Source of the DNA: an uncultured Planctomycetaceae bacterium
Lineage (GTDB): Bacteria > Planctomycetota > Planctomycetia > Planctomycetales > Planctomycetaceae
Direction: 5' to 3'
Assembly: GCA_963815195.1 (NCBI GenBank)
Contig: CAWFGE010000012.1
Location: forward strand, 928,001 to 992,000
DNA length: 64,000 nt
The notes below the pieces were generated by a model. It was not told the origin of the DNA. It saw only the letters and a program-made list of their open reading frames with translations, and did not search any database. Position numbers and translations under genes: made by a program. This document shows positions 53,174-63,158 of the stretch, piece after piece. The stretch's first letter is position 1. Each line of letters opens with the position of its first letter.

Positions 53174-55264
53174 TTACTCGTCCACCGAAATCGTCAGCGG
53201 GCGGCTGCTGTAGGTGGCTTTCATGACGAAGTTGATCGAAATATTCGCCATCACGGCGGTCACTTGCTTTTCGGTCTTTTTCGCTTTGGCGTCCGCTTTG
53301 AGGGTGATGTGCCCCGTGGTCGCTCCGTTGGTGAGCACCGTTTTGCTGCTCTTGGCGTCGATCGTGATGCCGGGCGGCAGGGGGTCGGCGTACACGCTGT
53401 TGAGATGCCGATACAGCAAATCCAATTGCACGTTGTTCTTAAAGCCCTCGGCCCGCTGGATCGTGACTTCGATCTTTTTGGATTCACCCGGTTTAAGATG
53501 AATGTCGTATTCGCTGAGTTGGACCTCGCGGATGTCGCCCGGTTCGCCGACGCCCACGGTGTGCAGGATCACCGGCCAATGCCCGCGGCCGCCGCCGGGC
53601 TGATAGGTCTCCTGATAAGGCACCGCCGTCGCGGTGAGCGGGACGGGTTTGTCCTCCCCGGCTTGATATTCCGCCGTGCCGCGCACGCTGACATTCGCGG
53701 CGACATTCGAGACGTTCTCGGGCGCTTCCAGCACGATGCAGCCGTCCCGCTGACCGGCGAGAATTCGGCCGCAGGTCGCTTTCACGCCTTCGGGCAGGCC
53801 GTCGATCTCCAAAGCGATGTCGCCTTCAAAACCGTTTTTGCGGACGGCGTTCACGAACAACACGCCGCTGGTGCCCGGCGTGAGTTCGGTCTTGTCGGTG
53901 TCGAGGTAAAGTTCGAAGTAAGGCTCCGCCCGCTTGGCTTCGATGAAGTACACAAAATCCGCCCCGCCTCGCAGATTCAAATCGCCGATCTCCAGGTAAT
54001 ATTCGCCGTCCGCGGGGGCGGCCCAGTTTTCGATCCAGGAGTCGGAAAACGTCCGCTTGTAAAGCCGGAGGTCATCGTTCTCGGTGAGCCGCCGGCCCTT
54101 GGCATCGACGATGCGGAGGCTGGAATCGAGAGCCGACTGCTGCCGATGCGCGATGACTTCAAACGAAAACCGCTCGCCCTTCTTCGCGGTGAACGCGAAG
54201 TAATCGAGGTCCGCGGGCGATTCGATCCGGCCGCTGATCCCGGCGGGCACCGAAATCTTCTGCGCGGCTTCGGGCGTGTTGTTGTCCGATGAAGTTTCCA
54301 GGGCCGCGGGCAGATCGGTGAGCACCACCGGCACGGAGTTGATCGTGCTGAGTTCTCCGGGCAAAGTCATTTCCGCCAAACCGGGTTTTTGATCTGCGGG
54401 AATGGTGATGCGGGCCTTCGTTTCCGCAGGCAACAGCGTCCCCACGAGTTCCACTTCGGTTTCCGCGCCGATGGCGAGCCCCAGCGGATGCACGTTGGTC
54501 ACGAACGGCCGCGAGTTGATTTCGATGGCATACGTCCAATAACGGTTGCCCTGGTAGCGGACATCACGGATTTCCAGAAAATACTCGCCGGCGTGCTCGA
54601 AGCGGTGGCTCAGAAACGGATCGCCGGCGAACATGTTGTCCGAAGTCGCCAGCGTGGTGCCGGTGGAATTGCGGAGGGCGATCAAAGGATCGACGTGCTG
54701 CTGGAGGTCGTGGATTTTGTCTTCGAGCCGCATCGAGCGGACGTGGAAGTTGAGCGACGTTCCCGCCTCGACCTTGAACTTGTAAAAATCCACATCCTCG
54801 GCCCGGTCGATCAGTCCGCAAACGGTGGCCGGCAGCGAAATCTCCTGGGCCTCGGGCGCGGTGTCGTTTTTTTCCTTTTCGACGGCGACCGGATCGCGGG
54901 CGATCACCAATTGCCCCAGCGTGCTCACGCCCTGCGGCGTCATCACGCGAAAGTCCCGCACGCCGGGCCGGGCGTTTTTGGAGACGTGAAACTTGATTTT
55001 GATCTTCTGCAGGTTCGGCCGCGGCTCGCCTTCTTTGAGATCCATCGGCGTGGCGATTTCGCCGGTGACGCCCTCGCCCGTGATGAGCACCGCGGTCGCT
55101 CCGTGCAGATTGTACCGCGACTCCAATTCGTGCTCGGAAGTCTGCCCCACCTGGGCGGCGACGGGATGCAACTTCATCAGCATTGGGTAGGACGTTTGGC
55201 CAAAGCCAAGAGAACCGAAGAGCCAGAAGCTGAAAAAACCGAGGGCCAGAACACGTCGTTTCAT
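53174..55264 (-). CDS. Secreted PPC-domain repeat protein
   Basis: Signal peptide, EKEKNDT..AQ, DVDFYKF, DLDYFAF and GEYYLEI repeats. Confidence 0.82.
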   Translation of the reverse strand: MKRRVLALGFFSFWLFGSLGFGQTSYPMLMKLHPVAAQVGQTSEHELESRYNLHGATAVLITGEGVTGEIATPMDLKEGEPRPNLQKIKIKFHVSKNARPGVRDFRVMTPQGVSTLGQLVIARDPVAVEKEKNDTAPEAQEISLPATVCGLIDRAEDVDFYKFKVEAGTSLNFHVRSMRLEDKIHDLQQHVDPLIALRNSTGTTLATSDNMFAGDPFLSHRFEHAGEYFLEIRDVRYQGNRYWTYAIEINSRPFVTNVHPLGLAIGAETEVELVGTLLPAETKARITIPADQKPGLAEMTLPGELSTINSVPVVLTDLPAALETSSDNNTPEAAQKISVPAGISGRIESPADLDYFAFTAKKGERFSFEVIAHRQQSALDSSLRIVDAKGRRLTENDDLRLYKRTFSDSWIENWAAPADGEYYLEIGDLNLRGGADFVYFIEAKRAEPYFELYLDTDKTELTPGTSGVLFVNAVRKNGFEGDIALEIDGLPEGVKATCGRILAGQRDGCIVLEAPENVSNVAANVSVRGTAEYQAGEDKPVPLTATAVPYQETYQPGGGRGHWPVILHTVGVGEPGDIREVQLSEYDIHLKPGESKKIEVTIQRAEGFKNNVQLDLLYRHLNSVYADPLPPGITIDAKSSKTVLTNGATTGHITLKADAKAKKTEKQVTAVMANISINFVMKATYSSRPLTISVDE

Positions 55265-55458
55265 ATTAGTGACTCAGGCAGGAGTGCAGGGAAGGAAGGA
55301 GATTTGGGGGCAAGTTATTATTGTCAGGTTTCCCCGCCCTTTGTGCAACAATGCGAGCGGCGACGCGGATCGGGCTTCCGCGGACGTGTGGATAGAAGCG
55401 GATTCGGCGGCACGTGCCTGCGCTCAGAGCGTGCCACCCGAGTTTGCAAGCTTTTCTT

Positions 55459-56133
55459 TCAGCGGACGTGCGGATAGAACCGCGCGAGGCGGTTGGGGGA
55501 GACGCCGCAGTGGGCCAGGGCGATCAAACTCCAGTTGCGGAGGGTCTGGCGGATCACGCCTTTCTTTTGCCAGCGGCGGGCGGAGATGCGGATCGGCGGA
55601 TCGAGAAGGATGATTCTTCCCTGGCGTTTGAGGCGTTTCATCAAGTACAAATCCTCCATCAAGCGGAGTTCTGGAAACCCGCCGATTTCCTGGAACACGC
55701 TTCGCCTCACGAAAATCCCCTGATCGCCGTACGCCCATTTCAAAATCCGAACCCGCCCGGCGTTGCCACGTTCCACGATGCGGTATTTCCAACCGTCGGC
55801 GTCGATCCGCTGCCGAAAGCAGCCGCCCGCGCATTGGGGATCTTCGAGGGCCGATCGAATCGCTTCCAGGCTGCCGGGCTGCAATCGGCAGTCGGCGTGC
55901 AGAAACAGCAAAACGTCTCCCGCACTCGCCGCCGCCCCGGTGTTTTGCTGGACGGCGCGACCCGGAGATGAGGGCAATGCCAAATCGGCTTCGTGGGCTC
56001 TTTCGGGGGTGCCGTCGGTACTGCCGCCGTCGACCACGACGATTTCGACATCGCCCAGGCGTCTGGTTTGCCGGATCACATCGGCAATCTGGTCGGCTTC
56101 GTTGAGGGCGGGAATGATGACCGAAATCCGCAC
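55459..56133 (-). CDS. GT2 glycosyltransferase (TIGR04283-like)
   Basis: ISVIIPALNE, VDGGSTD, GRAVQQNTGA, FLHAD, YGDQG, LMED and SARRW. Confidence 0.88.
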   Translation of the reverse strand: MRISVIIPALNEADQIADVIRQTRRLGDVEIVVVDGGSTDGTPERAHEADLALPSSPGRAVQQNTGAAASAGDVLLFLHADCRLQPGSLEAIRSALEDPQCAGGCFRQRIDADGWKYRIVERGNAGRVRILKWAYGDQGIFVRRSVFQEIGGFPELRLMEDLYLMKRLKRQGRIILLDPPIRISARRWQKKGVIRQTLRNWSLIALAHCGVSPNRLARFYPHVR

Positions 56134-56254
56134 CGGCCCAAAGCTCCTTTCGGACGTTGTCGGACAAACCAAACCGGGGCTAGCGCCCTGCGCTTGCCCC
56201 GGACTGACATAGGGCCGGACCTTAGGCCCTAAATTCTTTTGGTGCAGGCGTGTG

Positions 56255-57368
56255 CTATTTCTCCGCGCCGATGTTCCACCGCAGGTACGATTCGATGAAC
56301 GGATCCAGATCGCCGTCTAAGACGGCGGTGGGGTTGCCGGCTTTGTGGCCTGTGCGGGTGTCTTTGACGTATTGCTCCGGGTGCAGAACGTAGTTGCGGG
56401 CGGTTTCGCCGCCAAAGCCGATTTTGGATTTCTGGCCCCGGCGGGCGGCGACCTCGGCTTCGCGCTTTTCCACCTCGGCTTGATAGAGTTTCGCGATCAG
56501 CATTTTCCGCGCGGTCGCCCGGTTTTTGTGCTGGCTCCGCTCGTTCTGGCATTGGACGACTTCGCCCGTGGGGATGTGCGTCAGGCGGACCGCGGAATCG
56601 GTCTTGTTGACGTGCTGGCCGCCCGCACCGCCCGCGCGGTACGTGTCTTCGCGGACGATCTTCGGATCGTCCCAGGGGATGTCGATCTCGATATTGTCGT
56701 CCGGCTCCGGCGTGACATCGACCGCCGCGAACGAAGTCTGCCTGCGCCCCGCCGCGTCGAACGGGCTGATGCGGATCAGCCGATGATTGCCGCTCTCGCC
56801 TTTGAGATAGCCGTACGCATAATCGCCGCGCACGGCAATCGTGGCGTTGCGGATCCCGGCTTCTTCGGCGTCGGAGCGTTCCAAAAGCTCGACCTGATAG
56901 CCCTGAATCTCGGCCCAGCGGAGGTACATCCGAAGGAGCATCTCGGCCCAGTCGGACGCATCCGTGCCGCCCTCGCCCGCCTGCACCTTGAGGTACGCAT
57001 TGCAGGCGTCTTCCGGCTGCGACATGATCGCCTTGAGCTCGACCGCATCGACTTTGGGGCGGAGTTTTTTGACGGTGGCCGCCAGTTCTTTTTCGCTCGC
57101 CTCGTCTTCCTCGGCGAACTCCAACAGCACGCCCAAATCCTCCGCCGCCTGCGAGAGTTCCTCGAGCGGTTTGACGGTGGCGTTGATCCGGCTGAGCTCG
57201 CCCACGACCCCTTGGGCTTTCTCCTGGTCATTCCAGAAGTTGGGGGCCGCCATCAATTGGCTGATTTCCTGAATGCGGGATTTTTTGGGAGCGAGGTCAA
57301 AGACTGTCCCGCAAATGAACAATCCGCTGAATCAAGTCCTGGCCCGCTTCACGCAATTCGGGATTCAT
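56255..57368 (-). CDS. prfB: Peptide chain release factor 2 with programmed +1 frameshift
   Basis: MNPELRE...LRDSL then CTT-TGA-C, continuing DLAPKK in the +1 frame; SPF and GGQ motifs. Confidence 0.96.
57296..57312 (-). promoter_or_regulatory. prfB +1 ribosomal frameshift site
   Basis: CTTTGAC at codons 23/24 preceded by the weak SD-like GCGGGA. Confidence 0.9.
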
Positions 57369-57504
57369 CGAAAAACTCCTGGAGAGGAAAGTTCCATCAC
57401 CTCCCCATTGTAGGCGATTCCGGCAGACGGGAACAGGTCTTGCGGTTAAGGCCGGGTTCCCGGTAGCATTCCCCGGTTTTTCGAGATCATTCCAAAGTTC
57501 GTTT

Positions 57505-57703
57505 TAGCCGCGAAGCGGCGGCAGCATATAGCTGCGGGCGTCAGCCCGCAGATCCCGGCGATTCAAAAGTCTTAAGCCGCGAAGCGGCGACAGCAAGCGA
57601 TCGAGCAAAATGTGCTGTCGCCGCTTCGCGGCTCTCGATCGCTTTTGGTTCTCTTTCCGTGGGCTTACGCCCACGGCTATGTGCTGCCGTCGCTTCGCGA
57701 CTC
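57505..57703. repeat. Nested REP-like inverted repeats
   Basis: agccgcgaagcggcg(g/a)cagc twice, followed by two complementary arms. Confidence 0.8.
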
Positions 57704-57765
57704 CGGAATTGCGCAACTTCAAAGCTTGCCCTTCGGGGGAAGCTTGGGGAAAGGATGCCCTGGCA

Positions 57766-59056
57766 ATGGAGGATCGCGACACATTACTGCGGCGGATCTG
57801 GGTGATTTCGGAACTCTATTATCCCGAAGACACCTCGACCGGATACTACCTGACCCGCATCGCCGAGGGCCTGGCCGAGCGAACGGCGACGCCCGTGCAC
57901 GTGCTTTGCGGGCAACCGACGTATGCCGCCCGCGGCCGGAAAACCGACGCCGTCGAGGTGCATCACGACGTGCAAATCCTGAGGTGTTGGAGCACGACCT
58001 TCAACAAAGACCGTCTGCTGTTACGCGTGGTGAATTTGCTCACGCTGTGCCTGTCCATGTTCTGGCACGCGGCCTGGCAATTCCGGCGGGGCGACCGGGT
58101 TCTGGTCGTTACCAATCCGCCGCTACTGCCTTTTGTGATTTCCTGGATCTGCCGGCTCCGGGGCGTTCCGTGCGTGCTGTTGATTCACGATGTGTACCCC
58201 GATGTCGCGGTGGCGGCGGGGCTATTGCGCCCGTCGTCCTTTGTCGTCCGTTGGTTGGATCGCGCGGTCGGGCGGTTGTATCGGTCGATGGAGCGGATCA
58301 TCGTGTTGGGCCGGGACATGCAGGCGCTCGTGGAGCAAAAACTCCCGCCCGGCGACGGCCGCGTGCAAAATATTCCCAACTGGGCCGACACCGATCTGGT
58401 CCAACCCCAGGTTGGAAAAAACCGCCTGCTGGAAAAGCTCGGCTTGACGGACAAGTTCGTCGTGCAGTACGCGGGAAACATGGGCCGCTCGCACAACCTC
58501 GAAGCGATCGTCGAATGCGCCCAGAGGCTTAAGCACCGCGAGGACATCCACTTCCTGCTCGCCGGCTCCGGGGCGAAGAAAGCCTGGCTGACTAAGACGG
58601 CCGCCGACTTAAAGCTGTCCAACGTGACAATCGCCGATCGATTCCCCCGCGAGGATCTGCCGGACTTGTTGACCGCGGGGGACGTGGCGCTCATCACGTT
58701 TGTGAAAGGCATGGCGGGCATCTCGGTGCCGAGCCGGTTGTATAACGTGCTCGCCGCGTGCAAACCGATCATCGCCATCGCGGAACCGCATTCGGAACTT
58801 GCCCGGGTGATCGAGGAAGAGCACGTGGGCTGGGTTGTCTCTCCGGAAGATCCGGCCGCGTTTGAAGCCGCCGTCCTGAAAGCCGCCGCCTGCCCGCAAA
58901 CACGGAAGCAAATGGGGAATCGCGCCCGGCGGGCGGCCGAATCGACATATCGATACGACGGGATTCTGGATGCGTACTTTCAAATCGTCGCGGCAACGCC
59001 CGACGAACTGCCGCGGCCGGAGTCTGATTCGCACCAAGCATTCCCGCTCCGCTTGA
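57766..59056 (+). CDS. GT4 glycosyltransferase (WbuB-like); 3' end approximate
   Basis: SELYYPE, TNPP, HDVYPD, IPNWAD, YAGNMGRSH and SVPSRLY. No in-frame stop; nearest out-of-frame TGA at 59054-59056. Confidence 0.82.
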
Positions 59057-59095
59057 AATGGATCGGAAAACAGATTGAGGAGGATCATCGAACCG

Positions 59096-60093
59096 ATGTC
59101 GCGAATCTTGGTCACGGGAGCGTCGGGGTTTTTGGGGCAAGCGGTCGCGCGCGAACTGCAAGCGGCCGGGGTGACGGTTCGCTGCACGGGCCGGCGGGAA
59201 CCGCGGGAGCAACTCCCAGACTACCGGCGGGCCGATTTGAGACATTCCCGCGAGATCCCGGAGATGCTCCAAGGCGTGACGGGCATCGTGCATTGCGCGG
59301 GGTTGGCGCATCAGTTTCGGCAAGGCGAACAGCACGCGCTCCCGTTTCAGAGCATCAATTGCGAAGCCGCCGAACGCCTGGCCCACATCGCGGCGGCTCA
59401 AGGGGTCGAGCGGTTTTTGCTGGTGAGTTCCGTTTCGGTTTACGGGCCGGCGAAAACACGCGGCCTGCGCGACGAAAACTCCGTGGCCAATCCCGTAACG
59501 GCTTATGCAATCAGCAAGCGCGACGCGGAGATTCGCCTGCTCCGGATCGCCGCCCAAACCGGAATGCAAGTCATGATCCTCCGCATGGCCACGCTCTACG
59601 GCGAAGGCGACCCGGGCAACGTGGGCCGGCTGATGGACGCGATCCGCCGCCGGCGGCTTGTGATGATCGGTTCCGGAGAGAACAAAAAAAGCCTGCTCCA
59701 CGTAAACGACGCCGCCCGCGCGCTGCGCGGGCCGTGCTCCAGGCAACCGATCGGCCGGCCGGGATCTGGAACGTCGCGGCGGCCCCGAGTTCGATGAAGG
59801 AGATCGTCGCGGGGTTGTCCGAAGCCCTCGGTTGTCCGCCGCCCAAATATCATTTGCCCGCCGGTTTGGTTCTGGGGATGCTTCGAACCGCCGCGGCTTT
59901 GGGGATGGGCCCCGTTCGCCGCCTGGCCCGCTCGAGGTTGGAAACCGTCCAGAAGTGGCTGGCGGAGGATGCTTACAACGGTTCGCGGTTCGCGGCGGAT
60001 TTCGATTGGCGATCGGAGATTCCGTTGGAAGAAGGCTTCCGCCGAATGGCCGCGGGTTCCACAGATTCCATCCCCCTGAAACGGGCGGCTTAG
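59096..60093 (+). CDS. NAD-dependent epimerase/dehydratase; apparent frameshift near 59725
   Basis: ILVTGASGFLG, HCAG, SSVSVYG and YAISK (YxxxK). Confidence 0.88.
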
Positions 60094-60098
60094 GTGAC

Positions 60099-60696
60099 AT
60101 GAAACGACTCTTCGATGTGCTGGCGGCGGCGTTTTTGTTGGGGGTGTTGGCGGTGCCGATGGCGGCGATTGCCTGGGCGGTGAAGCTCACTTCGCGGCCC
60201 CGTCTTGTACTGGTCTGACCGCGTGGGGCGGGGGAACAGGATTTTTCGGATGCCCAAATTTCGCTCCATGCGGACCGAGACGCCGGAACTCCCCACGCAT
60301 CTGCTGACGGACTCCCGGCATTGGATCACGCCCTTGGGACGTTTTCTGAGAAAAACCAGCCTCGATGAACTCCCGCAGCTGTGGAGCATCCTCGTTGGCG
60401 ACATGAGCTTCGTCGGGCCGCGGCCGGCGCTGTTCAACCAGGACGATTTGATCGCGCTGCGAACGGAAAAAGGCATCCACGAACTCCTGCCGGGCCTGAC
60501 GGGCTGGGCCCAAATCAACGGCCGCGATGAATTGCCCATTCCCGAAAAAGTCGCGCTCGATGAAATCTATCTCCACCGCCGGTCGTTTGCGTGGGATTTG
60601 AAGATTCTGCTCTTAACAGCCCTCAAAGTGGCGCGGCGTGAAGGCGTCGCGCAGACCGGCGATCAAAGGGCCACAAACTCCCGCCGGGCGGCATAA
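60099..60696 (+). CDS. Polyprenyl-phosphate sugar phosphotransferase; apparent frameshift near 60200
   Basis: MKRLFD, KFRSM, LRKTSLDELPQL, GDMSFVGPRP and PGLTGWAQINGR. Confidence 0.9.
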
Positions 60697-60714
60697 CTCA
60701 TGGCAAAAAAAAAC

Positions 60715-60868
60715 GGTTCTTCCGGCGAATGAGGGGCAACTACGACGGTGTTAAAGAATATCTTGTGTGCTCTTTCACCTCCCCAACGGGCCCAAAGGGG
60801 AGGTGAAATCCATCATTCCATTCATTCATTCATTGATCACACAAAAAGATCATCCACGTCTGCCCCCC
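60715..60868 (-). ncRNA. Candidate structured ncRNA / repeated element, copy 2
   Basis: Reverse complement of 33103-33246 with few changes; followed on - by a U9 tract. Confidence 0.55.
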
Positions 60869-61257
60869 TGAGTACTTCCAAAATTGCCTGAGCCGCGCAC
60901 GAAGTAAGCGGTCTTGCGCTGCCTGAGTCCCTGAAAACCGCTTACTTCGTGCGCGGCTCTGGAAAACCAAACCAATTTCCTGAGCTTTTTGGAAGTACTG
61001 AAACTTGAAACAGTTGAATTTACGAACGGTCGAAAAGCTGCGCAAAGACAAATCGTCGTCAACACCAAATTTTTAACGGCCCAGGCTAGCGCCTACCGCT
61101 CAGATTTTCCAAAAGATTCTCAGCGAAACGTAAAACCTGTAACAGGAAACGTGAAACATGAAACCTCCGCCGTTTGCTGGCGGGATCGGCTGGCTTTATA
61201 ATCTTCGCTGGTTTTGACTCTGTCTTCCCTTAAACAGTCAACAGAAAGCCGGCAGTT

Positions 61258-62358
61258 ATGTCCCAGTGGCCCATCGGTGCGGAGTTTTACGAACTGGATA
61301 CGCCCGCGTTGTGCATCGACCTGGAGAAGATGGAAGCCAACATCGCGCGGATGGCCGCCTGGATGACCGAGCGAGGCAAAGCCTGGCGGCCGCACCAGAA
61401 ATGCCACAAAACGCCCGCGATCGCCTGGAAGGAACTGGACGCCGGGGCCATCGGCGTGACCTGTGCCAAGGTCTCCGAAGCCGAGGTGATGGCCGCCGCG
61501 GGGATTCGGGACATCCTGATCGCGAACATGATCGTCGGCCGGAAAAAATGGGAGCGGGTCGCCTCGTTATGCCGGCATGCCGACCCGATTGTCGCCTCTG
61601 ACCACTTCGCCCAAGTGGAACCCTTGGCGGCTGTCTGCCGGGAGCGGGGCGTTTGCTGCCGGGTGATTATCGAAGTCAACATCGGCCTGGATCGCGTCGG
61701 TGCCCGGCCCGGCCGCGACACGCTCGACCTGGCCCGCGCGATTTCGCAACTGGAAGGCGTCGAGCTGGCGGGCATCATGGGCTACGAAGGGCATTTGCTC
61801 CGGCTCAAAGACCTGGACGAAAAACGCCGGCTCATCGAGGAAGCGATGGGCGTGCTCTGCCACTGCCGGGATATGCTTTTGAATGATGACCTGAATTGCG
61901 AAATCGTGAGCGCGGGCGGCACGGGATCGTATCAGATCACGTCCGACTGCGAAGGCATCACCGAACTCCAAGCCGGCGGCGGCATTTTCGCGGACCCCTT
62001 ATACCAGGAAGACATGGACGTGAAGGGCCTCGAAACCGCGGTGACCGTGCTCGCGACCGTCGTCAGCCGGCCAGCGCTCGACCGGGCGATTTTGGACTCC
62101 GGCCGCAAGACGGTGAACCCCGACCTGATGAAACCCACCGTCAAGAATCATCCCGGCGCCCAAGTCACCCATCTGAGTGCCGAGCATTGCCAGCTTCAGC
62201 TCAGCGGGGCTTCCCAAGACCTGAAAATCGGCGATAAAATTGAACTGTACGTCCCGTATTCCGATTTCACGACGGTCTTACACGATCAGTTCTTCGGCAT
62301 CCGGAACGGCCGACTGGAAACCGTCTGGCCGATCCTGGGCCGGGGCAAATTGCAATAG
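61258..62358 (+). CDS. DSD1-family PLP-dependent enzyme (D-serine dehydratase / D-threonine aldolase-like)
   Basis: LDTPAL, RPHQKCHK, MGYEGH, SAGGTG, DSGRK and SAEH. Confidence 0.88.
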   Translation: MSQWPIGAEFYELDTPALCIDLEKMEANIARMAAWMTERGKAWRPHQKCHKTPAIAWKELDAGAIGVTCAKVSEAEVMAAAGIRDILIANMIVGRKKWERVASLCRHADPIVASDHFAQVEPLAAVCRERGVCCRVIIEVNIGLDRVGARPGRDTLDLARAISQLEGVELAGIMGYEGHLLRLKDLDEKRRLIEEAMGVLCHCRDMLLNDDLNCEIVSAGGTGSYQITSDCEGITELQAGGGIFADPLYQEDMDVKGLETAVTVLATVVSRPALDRAILDSGRKTVNPDLMKPTVKNHPGAQVTHLSAEHCQLQLSGASQDLKIGDKIELYVPYSDFTTVLHDQFFGIRNGRLETVWPILGRGKLQ

Positions 62359-62365
62359 CGGATTG

Positions 62366-62437
62366 ATTAGCCGCCGGTGGCTAGCCCCGGTTCAATGTTT
62401 GCATTCATTAGCCGCCGGTGCTAGCCCCGGTTCAATG
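62366..62437. repeat. Two tandem ~31-bp REP-like repeats
   Basis: attagccgccggtg(g)ctagccccggttcaatg twice. Confidence 0.75.
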
Positions 62438-62487
62438 CGATAACCAAATCTTGACGTTCCCGCGGATCAGCAGAACGGAGCGACAGC

Positions 62488-63033
62488 ATGAGAGTCCAAC
62501 GGCCGTTGGAAGGGCAGCGTTATTTGATCTTCGTCGAGCACGAGTACGAAGACTTGGAGTTGTGGTATCCCAAGCTTCGCCTGGAGGAAGCCGGTGCCCA
62601 GGTGGTGGTCGCGGGGCCGAAGCTCGGCGTGACCTATCGCGGGAAGCATGGTTACCCCTGCGTGGCCGACGCCGACATTCCCGATATAAAAGCGGGTGAC
62701 TTTCAAGGCGTGGTCTGCCCGGGCGGTTGGGCGCCGGACAAGCTCCGCCGGGACGAGAAGGTCCTGGGCCTCGTTCGGCAATTTACCGCGGCGGGAAAAC
62801 TGGTGGCGGCGATTTGCCACGGCGGTTGGATTCCCATTTCCGCCGGGGTTTACGAAGGCGTCCGCGTGACGGGTTCGCCGGGCATCAAAGATGATCTTGT
62901 GAACGCCGGGGCGGTGTGGGAGGATGCGGAAGTCGTGGTGGATCGGCAATTCGTCAGCAGCCGCCGGCCGTCCGATTTGCCCGCGTTCTGCGCCGCGATC
63001 CTCGATTTGATCCCCCATTTGGAGAATGCCTAA
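62488..63033 (+). CDS. PfpI/DJ-1 family protein
   Basis: YEDLELWYP, PGGWAPDKLR, AAICHG and SRRPSDLPAF. Confidence 0.92.
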   Translation: MRVQRPLEGQRYLIFVEHEYEDLELWYPKLRLEEAGAQVVVAGPKLGVTYRGKHGYPCVADADIPDIKAGDFQGVVCPGGWAPDKLRRDEKVLGLVRQFTAAGKLVAAICHGGWIPISAGVYEGVRVTGSPGIKDDLVNAGAVWEDAEVVVDRQFVSSRRPSDLPAFCAAILDLIPHLENA

Positions 63034-63158
63034 TCGCCGATCGCTCGGGTAGTGCGACGCCATCGAAAACGGTCAGAAATCTCGAACATCTTTGGTTTCG
63101 TCGTGTCTGTCGGATGGCGCACCGACGATTTTTACGTTCTCTCGAAAATGTTTTTTGA

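Noticed and set aside
57610..60093. 827-aa GT4-epimerase fusion ORF
   Set aside because: The middle part is out-of-frame nonsense and the epimerase has its own start and Rossmann motif, so the fusion is an indel artefact.
8930..60210. More than a dozen frameshifts or lost stops (pgsW, 10470, 14160, 28375, asnB x2, MMPL, ALDH, DUF58, PQQ x2, PPC x2, GT4, epimerase, sugar transferase) as recoding or pseudogenisation
   Set aside because: They are scattered single-base indels in otherwise intact genes, with no shared slippery motif or accumulated stops. This is most consistent with sequencing/assembly error; a read-level check is needed. Only prfB has the canonical signal.
33246..60715. 27-kb invertible segment or composite transposon bounded by the two inverted elements
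   Set aside because: The interval holds core genes such as prfB and no recombinase or transposase, and there is no evidence of inversion from a single sequence.
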